Shown in pieces: positions 37,469 to 48,643 of a stretch of 64,000 nucleotides of DNA; the stretch's first letter is position 1, and every line of letters begins with the position of its first letter. Source of the stretch: an uncultured Clostridia bacterium (GTDB taxonomy: Bacteria > Bacillota > Clostridia > UMGS1883); assembly GCA_934454525.1 (NCBI GenBank), contig CAKSFM010000001.1, positions 109,502 through 173,501 on the forward strand, in the 5' to 3' direction. The notes beneath the pieces were generated by a model. The model ran no database searches and had not been told where the DNA came from. It worked only from the letters and a program-made list of their open reading frames with translations. Position numbers and translations under genes: made by a program.

Positions 37469-37660
37469 TTATTCATCGATAATAACATCGAGCGCTTCCT
37501 CAAGCTCCGCAGCAGGCACAAGGATTTCATAGCAGTCTTCAACCGCTTTATCCGGAACGCGAATACTCCTCAGCATAACAATTATGTTTCTTTCTTCAAT
37601 CGCGTTTCTCAAAACCTCGGCTTTTTCCCTGCTCCTTGCCATATAGACAGATGTCCACAT
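37469..37660 (-). CDS. Small hypothetical protein, DUF2007-like
   Basis: 'MWTSVYMARSREKAEVLRNAIEERNIIVML...'. It is co-directional with dnaE. Confidence 0.4.
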   Translation of the reverse strand: MWTSVYMARSREKAEVLRNAIEERNIIVMLRSIRVPDKAVEDCYEILVPAAELEEALDVIIDE

Positions 37661-37702
37661 AACACCGTTTCCTTTCACAGTTTAATACCCGATTATAATA
37701 CA

Positions 37703-40700
37703 CTATTTTTTTTCAGATTGCAACTGTTTTTTTAACTGCGCACTGCTTTTTCCGCAAATTTTGTCAATTTCTCCAATTAACTCATCGCTTCCGTCACAAT
37801 TTCCGGCATTATTTACGCTTATATTTCCGTAATCACATGAAACAATAACCGGAATTTCACCCCGATGTGCTCCGATAACCGGGCGGATTTTGTCCAGAAG
37901 TGCAACTTTGTCACCCGGCAGACTGATTACAAGCGACTCGGAATCCGCGCTGAAAGGAGCTGCCGATTCAAGAATAATTTTAGGGTTTTCGTCATCGCGG
38001 ATATCCAGTCTTCCGTGCACTGCAACAATTTCACCCTCGGCAATAACCGCGTCAAGCTTGGCAAGCGTTTTCGGAAATACAATAACCTCAATGCTGCCGG
38101 TGAAATCCTCAAGCGACAAAAACGCCATGTTTGTGTTTGAGCGCGTCAGCTTTTCGCGGCGTGTTTCGATGATTCCGGCAACGGTTACCGATGCGCCGTC
38201 ACGCAGGGAGGGAGATTCCGTCTCCGATGCGCTTAAAAGCTCTGCAATTTTCGGATAACCCATCATTTCTATCTTTTCGCGGTAGGAGCTGAGCGGATGC
38301 CCCGAAAGATACATTCCCGCAGCTTCTTTTTCCATTGCCAAAAGCTCATTTTGCTCCATTTCGGGTATTGCTTCATCAAAATCGTTTTCGCTGTTTTCCT
38401 CCTCTGCGGCAAAGAAAGAAAACTGACCGGCAAGATTCGTTTTTCCTGCCCGCGATTCGGAATCGATAACTTCTTCGTACGCTGCAAGCAGCTGCGCGCG
38501 GTTATTGTGCAGCGAATCAAACGCTCCGCTTTTAATAAGGCACTCAACCGAGCGCTTGTTAAGCTCCGTTATCATGCGCTTAACAAAATCGCGCAGGCTT
38601 TTGAAATCACCGTTTTCGCTGCGTTCCGACACGCAGGCGCGCGTGAATCCATCGCCGACATTTTTAATTGTTGTCAGTCCGAAACGGATGTTTTTCCCCT
38701 CAACGGTGAAAAACGCATTGCTTTTATTTATATCCGGCGGAAGAATTTTTATACCCATCTGAATGCAGTTGTTTATATAAAGCGCAACCTTGTTGGAATC
38801 GTCCATAACGCTTGAAATCAGCGCCGCCATGAACTGCGCCGGGTACAGGCATTTTAAGTATGCCGTCTGATATGTTACAAACGAATACGCCGCCGCATGG
38901 CTCTTGTTAAATGCGTACTGAGCAAAGGCATCCATATCGTCAAATATACTTTCAGCCGTCTTTTCATCGATTCCGTTTCTGATGCAGCCGGGAACGATAA
39001 CGCTTCCGTCCGGCGCTTCCTCTCCGTAAATAAAGCTTTGGCGCGCGCGCTGCATTTCTTTTGCCTTTTTCTTGCTCATTGCGCGGCGCACTTCATCGGC
39101 ACGCCCCATTGAAAAGCCGGCAAGTGTGCGGACAATCTGCATTACCTGCTCCTGGTACACAATGCAGCCATAGGTCATTTCAAGAATATCCTTAAGGAGC
39201 GGATGCTTGTAAGTAATATTTTTCGGATTGCTTTTGTTCTTTATATATGCCGGGATAAAGTCCATCGGCCCGGGGCGGTAAAGCGCGATTCCGGCGGTTA
39301 TATCTTCTATGTTCTCCGGTTCAAGCCTTTTCATGAATGAGCGCATACCGCCGCTTTCAAGCTGAAACACACCGTCCGTGTCGCCGCGTGAAATCATTTT
39401 ATATACCTCGGGAACATTGTAATCGATGTTATGAATATCAATGTCAATCCCCATTGATTCTGCAATTTTTATCGTGTCATCAATAACCGTAAGATTCCGG
39501 AGTCCCAAAAAGTCCATTTTGAGAAGTCCAAGCTCCTCAACAGTGTCCTTTGTGTACTGCGTTGAAATTATATCATCGCTCCGCTGCACAGGCACAAAGC
39601 TTGAAACCTTGTCTCCCGCGATAACAACACCGGCGGCATGTGTGCCTATATTCCGCGGCAATCCCTCAACGGCGCGCGCCGTGTCGATAAGCTGCTTAAT
39701 TTCGCTTGATGATTCGTACGCGCTTTTCAGCTTCGGGTTCTGAAGCGCAAGGTCAAGCGTCATCCCAAGATCCATCGGCACCATTTTTGCCACGGCGTCA
39801 ACATCGCCGTAGGGCATTCCGAGAACTCTGCCGCAGTCGCGGATTGCGCCGCGCGCTTTCATTGTGCCGAAAGTTCCGATTTGGCTCACATTGTCGGCGC
39901 CGTATTTTCCGATAACATAGTTTATGACCTCGCCGCGGCGCTTGGGGCAGAAATCAACGTCAATATCAGGCATGCTTACGCGCTCCGGATTTAAAAACCG
40001 CTCAAAAATCAGGCTGTAACCGGTCGGTTCAATATCAGTTATTGCAAGGCAGTACGACACTATGCTTCCTGCCGCGCTTCCCCTTCCCGGACCGACCGGA
40101 ATACCGTTTTTCTTGGCATAATTGATAAAATCCCATACTATTAGGAAATAATCAACAAAACCCATGCTTTTTATAACGCCAAGCTCATATTCAAGCCTTT
40201 CGGAAAGCTCGCCGTCCGTCCGCCCGTAACGCGATTTCATTCCGCTTACGCACAGCTCATGCAGATACTCATAATGGTCGCGTCCGTCGGGAACGTCAAA
40301 CGACGGAAGATGCCTTTCTCCGAACTTAAATTCAAAGCTGCACTTTTCGGCAATCCTTTCCGTGTTATCAATCGCTTCGGGTACATTCGGAAAAAGCGAA
40401 CGCATCTCATCCTCGCTTTTAAGATAAAACTCGTCCGTTTCAAAGTGCATTCTGTTATCATCGTCAAGCGTTTTTCCCGTTTGAATACAAAGCAGCACGT
40501 CCTGATTCTTCGCGTCTTCGCGCATGAGATAGTGCGCGTCGTTCGTGGCAACAAGCGGAGTGTCCGTTTCGCGCGCAAGCTTAATGAGCAGCGGATTCAG
40601 CCTTTTCTGATCCTCAATTCCGTGATCCTGAAGCTCTATGTAAAACTCGTCAAAAAGCTCTTTATATTCATAAACCTTTGCTTTGGCGCGCTCAAAATCT

Positions 40701-41143
40701 CCGTTTAAAAGGGCGCGCGGAATCTCGCCGGCAAGGCACGCGGAAAGTGCAATCAAGCCGCCCTTGTATTCGTTCAGAATTTCCGAATCCACACGCGGCT
40801 TGTAATAAAATCCGTCAATAAAGCCTGCCGAAACAATTCTTATAAGATTTTTATATCCCTGCTCGTTTTTACAGAGCAGCACAAGGTGGTTTGTTTCATT
40901 TTCACCCCTGCCGCCGCTGCGGTCAAGCCTGTTTTTCGCAGTATAGACCTCGCAGCCGATTATCGGCTTTATTCCCTCGCTGCGGCAAGCCTTGAAGAAG
41001 TCAACCGCGCCGTACATAACGCCATGATCGGTCAGCGCAAGCGCCGTCTGCCCAAGCTCCTTTGCTCTTTTGGGAAGCTCCTTTATCCTGCACATTCCGT
41101 CAAGCAGGCTGTATTCACTGTGCACATGCAAATGAGTAAACAT
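37703..41143 (-). CDS. dnaE: DNA polymerase III alpha subunit (DnaE-type)
   Basis: PHP domain 'FTHLHVHSEYSLLDG', 1146 aa. Confidence 0.95.
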   Translation of the reverse strand: MFTHLHVHSEYSLLDGMCRIKELPKRAKELGQTALALTDHGVMYGAVDFFKACRSEGIKPIIGCEVYTAKNRLDRSGGRGENETNHLVLLCKNEQGYKNLIRIVSAGFIDGFYYKPRVDSEILNEYKGGLIALSACLAGEIPRALLNGDFERAKAKVYEYKELFDEFYIELQDHGIEDQKRLNPLLIKLARETDTPLVATNDAHYLMREDAKNQDVLLCIQTGKTLDDDNRMHFETDEFYLKSEDEMRSLFPNVPEAIDNTERIAEKCSFEFKFGERHLPSFDVPDGRDHYEYLHELCVSGMKSRYGRTDGELSERLEYELGVIKSMGFVDYFLIVWDFINYAKKNGIPVGPGRGSAAGSIVSYCLAITDIEPTGYSLIFERFLNPERVSMPDIDVDFCPKRRGEVINYVIGKYGADNVSQIGTFGTMKARGAIRDCGRVLGMPYGDVDAVAKMVPMDLGMTLDLALQNPKLKSAYESSSEIKQLIDTARAVEGLPRNIGTHAAGVVIAGDKVSSFVPVQRSDDIISTQYTKDTVEELGLLKMDFLGLRNLTVIDDTIKIAESMGIDIDIHNIDYNVPEVYKMISRGDTDGVFQLESGGMRSFMKRLEPENIEDITAGIALYRPGPMDFIPAYIKNKSNPKNITYKHPLLKDILEMTYGCIVYQEQVMQIVRTLAGFSMGRADEVRRAMSKKKAKEMQRARQSFIYGEEAPDGSVIVPGCIRNGIDEKTAESIFDDMDAFAQYAFNKSHAAAYSFVTYQTAYLKCLYPAQFMAALISSVMDDSNKVALYINNCIQMGIKILPPDINKSNAFFTVEGKNIRFGLTTIKNVGDGFTRACVSERSENGDFKSLRDFVKRMITELNKRSVECLIKSGAFDSLHNNRAQLLAAYEEVIDSESRAGKTNLAGQFSFFAAEEENSENDFDEAIPEMEQNELLAMEKEAAGMYLSGHPLSSYREKIEMMGYPKIAELLSASETESPSLRDGASVTVAGIIETRREKLTRSNTNMAFLSLEDFTGSIEVIVFPKTLAKLDAVIAEGEIVAVHGRLDIRDDENPKIILESAAPFSADSESLVISLPGDKVALLDKIRPVIGAHRGEIPVIVSCDYGNISVNNAGNCDGSDELIGEIDKICGKSSAQLKKQLQSEKK

Positions 41144-41147
41144 ACTT

Positions 41148-42035
41148 TTACAGTTCCTCCGCCAATTCTATAAGTTTTTTCATTCTTCTGCTGACCGCGC
41201 TTTTGCTTACGGGCGGCTGCATCATTTCCCCGATTTGGGCAAGACTTTTGTCAGGATTTTCGGCACGAAGCAGCGCCATTGTGCGCGTTTCCTCGGAAAG
41301 TGCGTCCCATCTGGGACTTGTGACCAATTTTTCAATCGCCTCACACTGGCTGACAGACGTTCGGATGGATTTGTCGATATTCGCCGCGCGGCAGTTTGCC
41401 TGGCGGTTCACATTGTTGCGCACGTTTTTTTCAATCTGCGTCATCATCAGCTCCATCATGGATTTATGCGCTCCGATGATGTTAAGAAAATCAACTGCCG
41501 ATTCAAAATCCCTTATATATGTCACAAAATAATTTTTTCTTTTGACCGTGTTTGCACGAACGGAAAAACCCTCCATCAGCTCGGCAGCAAGGAGCGCCAT
41601 CATTTCGTTGGCTGTGAAAAGCTCACACCGGTAATTTTTCACCGGCGAAGCTATCGTTCCGCCCGAAATAAACGCACCGCGCAGAAATGCGCGCGCACAT
41701 TCTCCCTCAGAGTACACATCCTCGTCAAGCTCAATATCGCCCTCATCGGAAAAATACAACCCCGATTTTTCCGTCAGTTTTTCCGATATGCTGACGGAAT
41801 AGCTTCTTTTCCCCGTTCCGATGTCGATTGCGGCGTCCTCTCCTATTGCTTTTTTTATCAGCACACGGATTCGGTTCGCTGTTTCCGCCCTGTCGGTCCG
41901 CACGGTCACGGTGCCGCGTTCGCAGCTTTCACCGAACAGCAGTATCGCGTCAAGCTCGGCAGCAGCCTCCGCAGCATTTTTTATATTCAGTTCGCACAGC
42001 TCGTCCTTAACGGCGGACGAAAACGATTTTTGCAT
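41148..42035 (-). CDS. whiA: DNA-binding protein WhiA (sporulation/cell-division regulator)
   Basis: LAGLIDADG-like N-domain plus C-terminal HTH; conserved rapZ-whiA context. Confidence 0.85.
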   Translation of the reverse strand: MQKSFSSAVKDELCELNIKNAAEAAAELDAILLFGESCERGTVTVRTDRAETANRIRVLIKKAIGEDAAIDIGTGKRSYSVSISEKLTEKSGLYFSDEGDIELDEDVYSEGECARAFLRGAFISGGTIASPVKNYRCELFTANEMMALLAAELMEGFSVRANTVKRKNYFVTYIRDFESAVDFLNIIGAHKSMMELMMTQIEKNVRNNVNRQANCRAANIDKSIRTSVSQCEAIEKLVTSPRWDALSEETRTMALLRAENPDKSLAQIGEMMQPPVSKSAVSRRMKKLIELAEEL

Positions 42036-42048
42036 AGTTATCTCCCGT

Positions 42049-42903
42049 TCAGCCCTTTATCATATCACGATGACGGATTATCGAATTAAAGCTCTTTGCA
42101 CTGAGCTTCTTATGGATTGCCTCGGCAATGGCAACGCTGCGGTGTCTGCCGCCTGTGCAGCCGATTGCAATCACCAGCTCGCTTTTGCCCTCCTCCATAT
42201 AATGAGGAATCAGCATTGTAAGCATGTCGTCAAGCTTGGTGAGAAACTCCCTGCTTTGGTCATACTTCATAACGAAATCGCGCACACATTCTTCGGTTCC
42301 GTTGTGCTCCTTAAGCGAATCGATATAAAACGGATTCGGCAGGAAGCGCACGTCGAAAACAAGATCTGCATCGCGCGGAATTCCGTACTTAAATCCAAAG
42401 GATTCAACCTGTATTCTGAAATAGTTTTCTTCTGTTTCTCCGTATATATCGAGAATAATCTGCTTAAGTTCGCGCGTTAAAAGGCGCGATGTGTCGATTA
42501 TATGCGTTGCCTGTCCGCGCAGATATGCAAGGCGTTCACGTTCGCGCATTATTCCGTCCTCAATAGTTCCGTTCAGCGAAAGCGGATGCTTTCTGCGCGT
42601 TTCTTTATAACGCTTCACCAAAATGCTTTCGCGCGCTTCGAGGAACAGGATTTCATACGGAAAATTCTGCTGGTCAAGTTCTTTAAGCGCACCGCCGATT
42701 TCGTCAAACATATCGCCGCCGCGGATATCGACTACAATTGCAACATTTTCAAATTTGTTTGTTTCCTTAAAGCACATTTTTGCAAACGGAACCAAAAAAA
42801 CAAGCGGCATATTATCAATGCAGTAATACCCCATATCCTCAAGCACATGCATAACCTGGGTTTTCCCGGCACCGCTCATGCCTGTTATCATCACAAAACG
42901 CAT
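42049..42903 (-). CDS. rapZ: RNase adapter protein RapZ (YvcJ)
   Basis: P-loop 'GMSGAGKT', 284 aa. Confidence 0.9.
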   Translation of the reverse strand: MRFVMITGMSGAGKTQVMHVLEDMGYYCIDNMPLVFLVPFAKMCFKETNKFENVAIVVDIRGGDMFDEIGGALKELDQQNFPYEILFLEARESILVKRYKETRRKHPLSLNGTIEDGIMRERERLAYLRGQATHIIDTSRLLTRELKQIILDIYGETEENYFRIQVESFGFKYGIPRDADLVFDVRFLPNPFYIDSLKEHNGTEECVRDFVMKYDQSREFLTKLDDMLTMLIPHYMEEGKSELVIAIGCTGGRHRSVAIAEAIHKKLSAKSFNSIIRHRDMIKG

Positions 42904-42924
42904 ATTAACAGCTCCTTCCGCGTT

Positions 42925-43827
42925 TTATTCATCATCCGACCAATACTTAACCTCCGGCTCAAGCTCAACGCCGTGCTTTTCAAGCACCGCGCAGCGCACG
43001 TAATTTATCAGTGCGAGAATATCCTCCGTTGTTGCACCGCCGCGGTTTATAATGAATCCGGCATGCTTTTTGCTGACCTGTGCGCCGCCGATGGAATACC
43101 CTTTAAGCCCTGTCTGCTCGATGAGCGTTCCTGCAAAATACCCCTCCGGGCGCTTAAAGGTGCTGCCCGCGCTCGGAAATTCAAGCGGCTGCTTTTCGCG
43201 CCGAAGCCTTGCAAGCTCCTGCATTTTTTCATTGATTTCCGCCTGTTCTCCGCGCCTGAGTTTCAGCACGGCACCTGTTATAATGCAGCCGGTGTCGCTC
43301 AAAGCGCTGCGGCGGTAGGAAAATTCCATTTCATCGTTTGAGGCAATATGCTCCTCCCCCGACGGGTCAATATAGCTGACGGCTTCGGTTATCTGTTTCA
43401 TTTCTCCGCCGTATGCCCCGGCGTTCATGATGAGTGCACCGCCGACAGTTCCCGGAATTCCCGATGCAAATTCCATGCCTGCAAGCGAATTCTGCATTGC
43501 CGCGCGTGCTGCCGATGAGAGCGTTGCCCCCGCGGAAACTCTGATGCAGTCCTCAAAAATGCCGATTTCCGAAGCTGTTTTCCCGATGTGAATTACCGGG
43601 CGGCGCAAACCCCTGTCCGAAACAAGAATATTGCTGCCGTTGCCCAAAACATAGTACGGGCAGCCGTTTTCATAAAGGCACTTTATAACGTTTTTAAGCT
43701 CCTCCGCATTTGACGGAGTAACGAATATATCGGCTTTTCCGCCCGTTCGGAATGTTGTCCTTTCCGCCATGCTGACGTTTTCTTCTATCCTGCTTTTATC
43801 AATAACTTCGCCGAGTATATTTCGCAT
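42925..43827 (-). CDS. murB: UDP-N-acetylenolpyruvoylglucosamine reductase
   Basis: FAD-binding PCMH domain, 300 aa. Confidence 0.9.
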   Translation of the reverse strand: MRNILGEVIDKSRIEENVSMAERTTFRTGGKADIFVTPSNAEELKNVIKCLYENGCPYYVLGNGSNILVSDRGLRRPVIHIGKTASEIGIFEDCIRVSAGATLSSAARAAMQNSLAGMEFASGIPGTVGGALIMNAGAYGGEMKQITEAVSYIDPSGEEHIASNDEMEFSYRRSALSDTGCIITGAVLKLRRGEQAEINEKMQELARLRREKQPLEFPSAGSTFKRPEGYFAGTLIEQTGLKGYSIGGAQVSKKHAGFIINRGGATTEDILALINYVRCAVLEKHGVELEPEVKYWSDDE

Positions 43828-43844
43828 AAGCTCATTCCCTTCAA

Positions 43845-44807
43845 TTAAAACATATCGCGGCCGCTGATATTCTGCCCCTGCATCTGGCGCGTGAGCCGTT
43901 CGGAAAGCTCCTCCGCCGCGTTGTAACCCATGTTCTGCTGACGGTGATTCATCGCCGCAATTTCAATTATAACGGCAAGATTTCTGCCCGGGCGCACCGG
44001 CACCGTGAGCGACGGAATATTTATCCCCAAAATATTCGTAACCTCCTTGTCAAGACCGAGGCGCTCGTAATTCTTGCCGTGCTGCCATGCCTCAAGGTTT
44101 ATAACAAGGTTAATATTCTCGGTGTTTTTAACGGCGCCCATACCGAATATCTTTTTAACATCGATAATTCCTATGCCGCGCAGCTCGATAAAATGACGGA
44201 TAATCTCGGGTGAGCTGCCGACGAGCGTTTTTGCCGACACACGCTTTATGTCAACCGCATCGTCCGCAACAAGGCGGTGACCGCGCTTTAACAGCTCAAC
44301 CGCCGTTTCGCTTTTGCCCACGCCGCTTTCGCCGAGCAGCAGCACTCCCTCGCCGTATACCTCAACCAAAACGCCGTGCCGCGTGATTGACGGGGCAAGA
44401 TAAACGTTAAGGCTTGCGATAAGCGCCGCCATAAACGCCGATGTGCTCTCCTCCGTCCGAAGCAGCGGCACATTATGGCGAACCGCAGCGCTCAAAAGCT
44501 CCGGAGTATATTCGAGATTCCTTGTTATAACAACGGCAGGTATGCCGGTTGCCATCAGCATGTCGTAGGCTTCATTCCTCTCGTCAGGCGTTTTTGAGAG
44601 CATATAGAACTGCTCAACCTTTCCGAGAATCTGGATTCTGTCACTGTCGAAGTAGTCAAAATACCGCTCACTGAGCTGTATTCCCGGGCGGTGAACATCG
44701 CTGCACCCGATTTCAACGGTGTCCATATTTTCGGGACTGTAAATGGTTTCAAGATGAAATTCGCCGATAATTTTTTCCAGTTTAACCTTTTCCCTGCGTC
44801 CTTCCAA
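43845..44807 (-). CDS. hprK: HPr kinase/phosphorylase
   Basis: P-loop 'GESGVGKSE', 320 aa. Confidence 0.9.
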   Translation of the reverse strand: MEGRREKVKLEKIIGEFHLETIYSPENMDTVEIGCSDVHRPGIQLSERYFDYFDSDRIQILGKVEQFYMLSKTPDERNEAYDMLMATGIPAVVITRNLEYTPELLSAAVRHNVPLLRTEESTSAFMAALIASLNVYLAPSITRHGVLVEVYGEGVLLLGESGVGKSETAVELLKRGHRLVADDAVDIKRVSAKTLVGSSPEIIRHFIELRGIGIIDVKKIFGMGAVKNTENINLVINLEAWQHGKNYERLGLDKEVTNILGINIPSLTVPVRPGRNLAVIIEIAAMNHRQQNMGYNAAEELSERLTRQMQGQNISGRDMF

Positions 44808-44825
44808 GTTAATCTCCTCCTGTTT

Positions 44826-45896
44826 TTATTCTTCCGTATTTTTCAGTTTTTCACTCTGATAATGCGTTATCAGAGCGTCAATTATTTCATCAAGCTCTCC
44901 GTCCATAATTGCGTCAATTTTATAAAGCGTCAGATTAATTCTGTGATCGCTCACGCGTCCCTGCGGAAAGTTATAGGTACGGATGCGTTCGCTCCTGTCG
45001 CCGCTGCCGACCTGGCTTTTCCTTTCGCGGCTGATTGCATCGCTCCGCTCCGCCTCCATATGCTCATAAAGGCGGCTTCGCAGCACTTTCAGCGCCTTAT
45101 CCTTATTTTTATGCTGACTTTTTTCATCCTGGCACGAAACGACAATCCCTGTCGGAATATGCGTCACACGAACGGCTGAGTCGGTTGTGTTTACGCACTG
45201 GCCGCCCGGCCCGCCTGCGCGGAACACATCGATTCTGAGGTCATTCGGGTTAATTTCAAGCTCAACCTCCTCAACCTCCGGCAAAACGGCAACGGTTGCC
45301 GCACTTGTGTGAATCCTGCCGCCCGATTCCGTTTCGGGCACACGCTGAACGCGGTGGACGCCGCTTTCATATTTCAGGCGGCTGTATGCCCCCTCTCCCT
45401 CCACGGTGAAAGTGATTTCCTTATATCCGCCAAGCTCGGTGGGGTTTGAGTTCATTATATCTATTTTCCAGTTATGCTTTTCGGCATACATACTGTACAT
45501 TCTGAAAAGCGAGCCTGCGAAAAGCGCCGCTTCATCGCCGCCCGTGCCGCCGCGGATTTCAACAATAACGTTTTTCTCATCGTTCGGATCCTTCGGCAGC
45601 AGCAAAATTTTTAGCTCCTCCTCGCATGCTGCCGTCTTTTCCTCATTTTCTTCAATCTCCGCGCGGAGCATCTCCTCAAAATCACGGTCAGGCTTTTCGG
45701 AAAGCATTTCCTTTGCTTCATCAATTGCGGACTGTGCCGCCTTATACTCCCTGAATTTCTCCACAATCGGCGTTATGTCCGAATGTTCTTTGCAGAGCTT
45801 TCTCCATTTTGCCTGATCGGCAATTATTTCGGGGTCGCTGATTTTCCTTGCAAGCTCCTCATATCTTTCCTCTATAAATTCCAGTTTGCTTATCAT
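44826..45896 (-). CDS. prfA: Peptide chain release factor 1
   Basis: 'GGQ' motif '[28 protein letters not shown]'. '[18 protein letters not shown]' is RF1-type, with P-E-T at the PxT position. Start 45896 with RBS GGAGGG. Confidence 0.9.
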   Translation of the reverse strand: MISKLEFIEERYEELARKISDPEIIADQAKWRKLCKEHSDITPIVEKFREYKAAQSAIDEAKEMLSEKPDRDFEEMLRAEIEENEEKTAACEEELKILLLPKDPNDEKNVIVEIRGGTGGDEAALFAGSLFRMYSMYAEKHNWKIDIMNSNPTELGGYKEITFTVEGEGAYSRLKYESGVHRVQRVPETESGGRIHTSAATVAVLPEVEEVELEINPNDLRIDVFRAGGPGGQCVNTTDSAVRVTHIPTGIVVSCQDEKSQHKNKDKALKVLRSRLYEHMEAERSDAISRERKSQVGSGDRSERIRTYNFPQGRVSDHRINLTLYKIDAIMDGELDEIIDALITHYQSEKLKNTEE

Positions 45897-45909
45897 CAGA
45901 ATCCCTCCG

Positions 45910-46773
45910 TCAATTTTCACGCTTAAGCAGATAATCTGCAAGGGCGGACAAAAATTCTCCGCTTCCGTCAAGCTTATCTGCCGCAGCCTTTGCGCGCTGC
46001 GTTTCCTCCGCAAGGCGTTTTTTTGCACCGCCTAAGGTATACAGCGTTACAAATGTATTTTTTCCGTTTTTTTCGTCACTGTTTATCGGTTTTCCGAATT
46101 TCTCCGCATTTCCCTCAACGTCTAAAATATCATCGCGGATCTGGAACGCAAGTCCGAGTGCCGATGAATAATCCGAGAGAATATCCTCATCCTTTCCGGC
46201 GCACAGAGCGCCGAGCGAAACGGCAGCGTTAATCAAAGCGCCTGTTTTCTTCCTGTGCAGCGTGAGGAGAGTTTCTCCGTCTATTGCTTTGCCCTCATTC
46301 TCCATGTCGATAACCTGACCGCCGATCATTCCGTCCGCGCCCGAGGCACAAAATATTATTTTGAGCGCTTCAACCGTTATTTCCGCACCGAAGCCGCCGC
46401 CAAGCACCGTTTCACACGCACGGTTCAAAAGTGCATCCCCGGCGAGCGTTGCCATTGCTTCGCCGAAAACCCTGTGATTCGTCGGCTTGCCGCGCCGCAG
46501 ATCGTCATTATCCATGCACGGAAGATCATCATGAATCAGTGAATATGTGTGAATCATTTCAAGCGCGCAGCCGAAGCAGAGCGCCGCATTTTTCTCTCCG
46601 CCGAAAGCGTCGCACACTGCGAGCGTCAGCACGGGGCGGATTCTTTTCCCTCCCTCGTAAAGGCTATAGCGCATTGCGTCATATATATGCCCTGTTTCGC
46701 CGTCCATAAGAGTGTGCATATTGTCATTTATTCTATTGCGGTAATATTCAAGCTGTTTTGTAAATTCCATCAC
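45910..46773 (-). CDS. ispA: Polyprenyl synthetase (farnesyl/geranylgeranyl diphosphate synthase)
   Basis: FARM '[17 protein letters not shown]' and SARM 'DDILD'. Confidence 0.9.
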   Translation of the reverse strand: MMEFTKQLEYYRNRINDNMHTLMDGETGHIYDAMRYSLYEGGKRIRPVLTLAVCDAFGGEKNAALCFGCALEMIHTYSLIHDDLPCMDNDDLRRGKPTNHRVFGEAMATLAGDALLNRACETVLGGGFGAEITVEALKIIFCASGADGMIGGQVIDMENEGKAIDGETLLTLHRKKTGALINAAVSLGALCAGKDEDILSDYSSALGLAFQIRDDILDVEGNAEKFGKPINSDEKNGKNTFVTLYTLGGAKKRLAEETQRAKAAADKLDGSGEFLSALADYLLKREN

Positions 46774-46985
46774 ATATTCTCCGTATCGAAAGGAACTTCC
46801 TCTTTTTCCTCGCCGCCGACAAGCTGCGTGACCTTAAGCTGCGCGTCCGAAAGCAGTTTGCGGCAGGTGCGCGTCAGTGATATGCCCTTTTCGAAAAGCT
46901 CCATCGATTCGTCAAGCGTTGTTTCGCCGCTTTCAAGCTTTTTAACGGTTTCCTCAAGTTCCTTTAATGCTTCTTCAAATTTCAT
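46770..46985 (-). CDS. xseB: Exodeoxyribonuclease VII small subunit
   Basis: 'MKFEEALKELEETVKKLESGETTLDESMELFEKG'. Confidence 0.9.
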   Translation of the reverse strand: MKFEEALKELEETVKKLESGETTLDESMELFEKGISLTRTCRKLLSDAQLKVTQLVGGEEKEEVPFDTENM

Positions 46986-48193
46986 TTCGTTAATCTCCTT
47001 TCGGTAACGCTGCAGTCAAGCTCTCCGCCTGTCATTTTAACCGTTATCGCGTCACCCTTGTTTACCTCTGCCGCCGATGCAATGCTTTTTCCGTTTTTCG
47101 TGGCAACACTGTAGCCGCGCTCGAAAACGGCAATCGGACTGAGTGCCGAAAGCTTGCCGCACAGCGCTGCAAGGCGCTTTTCCGCAAGCTCTGTTTTATT
47201 TTTATAGGCGCGCACGGCAGCCGTCTGTGCGCGGTCAACGCACTGTTCCGCATCAAGCAGGCGCCGCGAAAAACGCTCTGCCGAAATTCTTTCGTTCAGC
47301 AGCGCAAAATGTTTTTGCTGCATTGCAAGCTTTTGCCTGAGAAGCGCGGAAAGCCTGCTTTCGGCGGACGAAAGCGTTGTATACAAATCCATCACGTCCG
47401 GCACTGCAAGCTCCGCTGCCGCAGACGGCGTCGGAGCGCGCAAATCCGCAACGAAATCGCTTATCGTGAAATCCGTTTCATGCCCGACAGCCGAAATAAC
47501 CGGAAGCTCCGATGCTGCCACGGCGCGCGCCGTGATTTCCTCGTTAAATGCCCACAAATCCTCAATGCTTCCTCCGCCGCGCCCGATGATAATAACATCA
47601 ACGCTTTTCGTACGGTTGAAGTGCTCAATTGCCGACACAACCGTTTTTGCCGCGCCCTCGCCCTGAACAAGGCACGGGTAAAGGATAACATGCACCATCG
47701 GGTAACGGCGGCGCAGAATATTAATCATGTCGCGCACGGCAGCGCCCGTCGGACTTGTTGCAATTCCTATTGCAGCCGGAAACTGCGGAAGCTTTTTCTT
47801 GCGCTGCTCATCAAACAGACCCTCTTCGCCGAGCTGTTTTTTCAGCGCTTCGAATTTTGCATACAAATCACCCTGCCCCTCGGCTTCCATTTCCTCTATA
47901 TATAGCTGATACTGACCGCCGGCTTCGTACACGCTTATTCTTCCGCGCGCAAGCACTTTCATTCCGTCCTCCGGGCGAAAGCGCAGTGACTGCGCAGCGC
48001 CGCGGAACATCACAGCGCGCAGCACCGCACCGCTGTCTTTAAGCGTCAGATAAATATGCCCCGATGAATGAAGCTTAAAGTTGCTGATTTCGCCCTTTAT
48101 CCACACATTCTGCAAAACGGGCGTCTGCTCCATTATCGCCTTTATGTAATTGTTAATCTGCGTTACGGTTGCAATTCTTCGGGTTTCATTCAT
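46982..48193 (-). CDS. xseA: Exodeoxyribonuclease VII large subunit
   Basis: OB-fold N-terminus plus catalytic domain, 403 aa. Confidence 0.9.
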   Translation of the reverse strand: MNETRRIATVTQINNYIKAIMEQTPVLQNVWIKGEISNFKLHSSGHIYLTLKDSGAVLRAVMFRGAAQSLRFRPEDGMKVLARGRISVYEAGGQYQLYIEEMEAEGQGDLYAKFEALKKQLGEEGLFDEQRKKKLPQFPAAIGIATSPTGAAVRDMINILRRRYPMVHVILYPCLVQGEGAAKTVVSAIEHFNRTKSVDVIIIGRGGGSIEDLWAFNEEITARAVAASELPVISAVGHETDFTISDFVADLRAPTPSAAAELAVPDVMDLYTTLSSAESRLSALLRQKLAMQQKHFALLNERISAERFSRRLLDAEQCVDRAQTAAVRAYKNKTELAEKRLAALCGKLSALSPIAVFERGYSVATKNGKSIASAAEVNKGDAITVKMTGGELDCSVTERRLTK

Positions 48194-48633
48194 TCGCTTT
48201 CACCCTTTTTCATACCGAGAACGGAGCCGAGCACTCCGTTCACAAACGGCGCGGATGATTCTGCCCCATATTTTTTCGCAAGGTTTACCGCCTCGTTCAC
48301 CGAAACCTTTTCGGGAATGTCATCCATATACTCTATTTCATACACAGCGAGCTGCAAAATTGACAAATCCACCTTTGAAAGGCGGTCAATGCTCCATTTT
48401 TTCAGCTTTGAAGCTATCTCGCCGTTAATATCATCAAGATGCTCCTCAACTCCGTACATAACGGACTGAAGATAACGCAGGTTTTCGCGCGTTACCTCTT
48501 TTTGCGCCCACATTTCATTATTTTCGTCAGCCGTTTCGCAAAGATATGCCATAACGGCTTCGGGGCGCACACCCGTAATTCTCATTTCAAATATCATCTT
48601 AAACGCGTCCTCGCGCGATTCCGTTCTGCTCAT
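48190..48633 (-). CDS. nusB: Transcription antitermination factor NusB
   Basis: 147 aa all-helical protein in the nusB-xseA context. Confidence 0.85.
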   Translation of the reverse strand: MSRTESREDAFKMIFEMRITGVRPEAVMAYLCETADENNEMWAQKEVTRENLRYLQSVMYGVEEHLDDINGEIASKLKKWSIDRLSKVDLSILQLAVYEIEYMDDIPEKVSVNEAVNLAKKYGAESSAPFVNGVLGSVLGMKKGESE

Positions 48634-48643
48634 CTTGTTCTCC

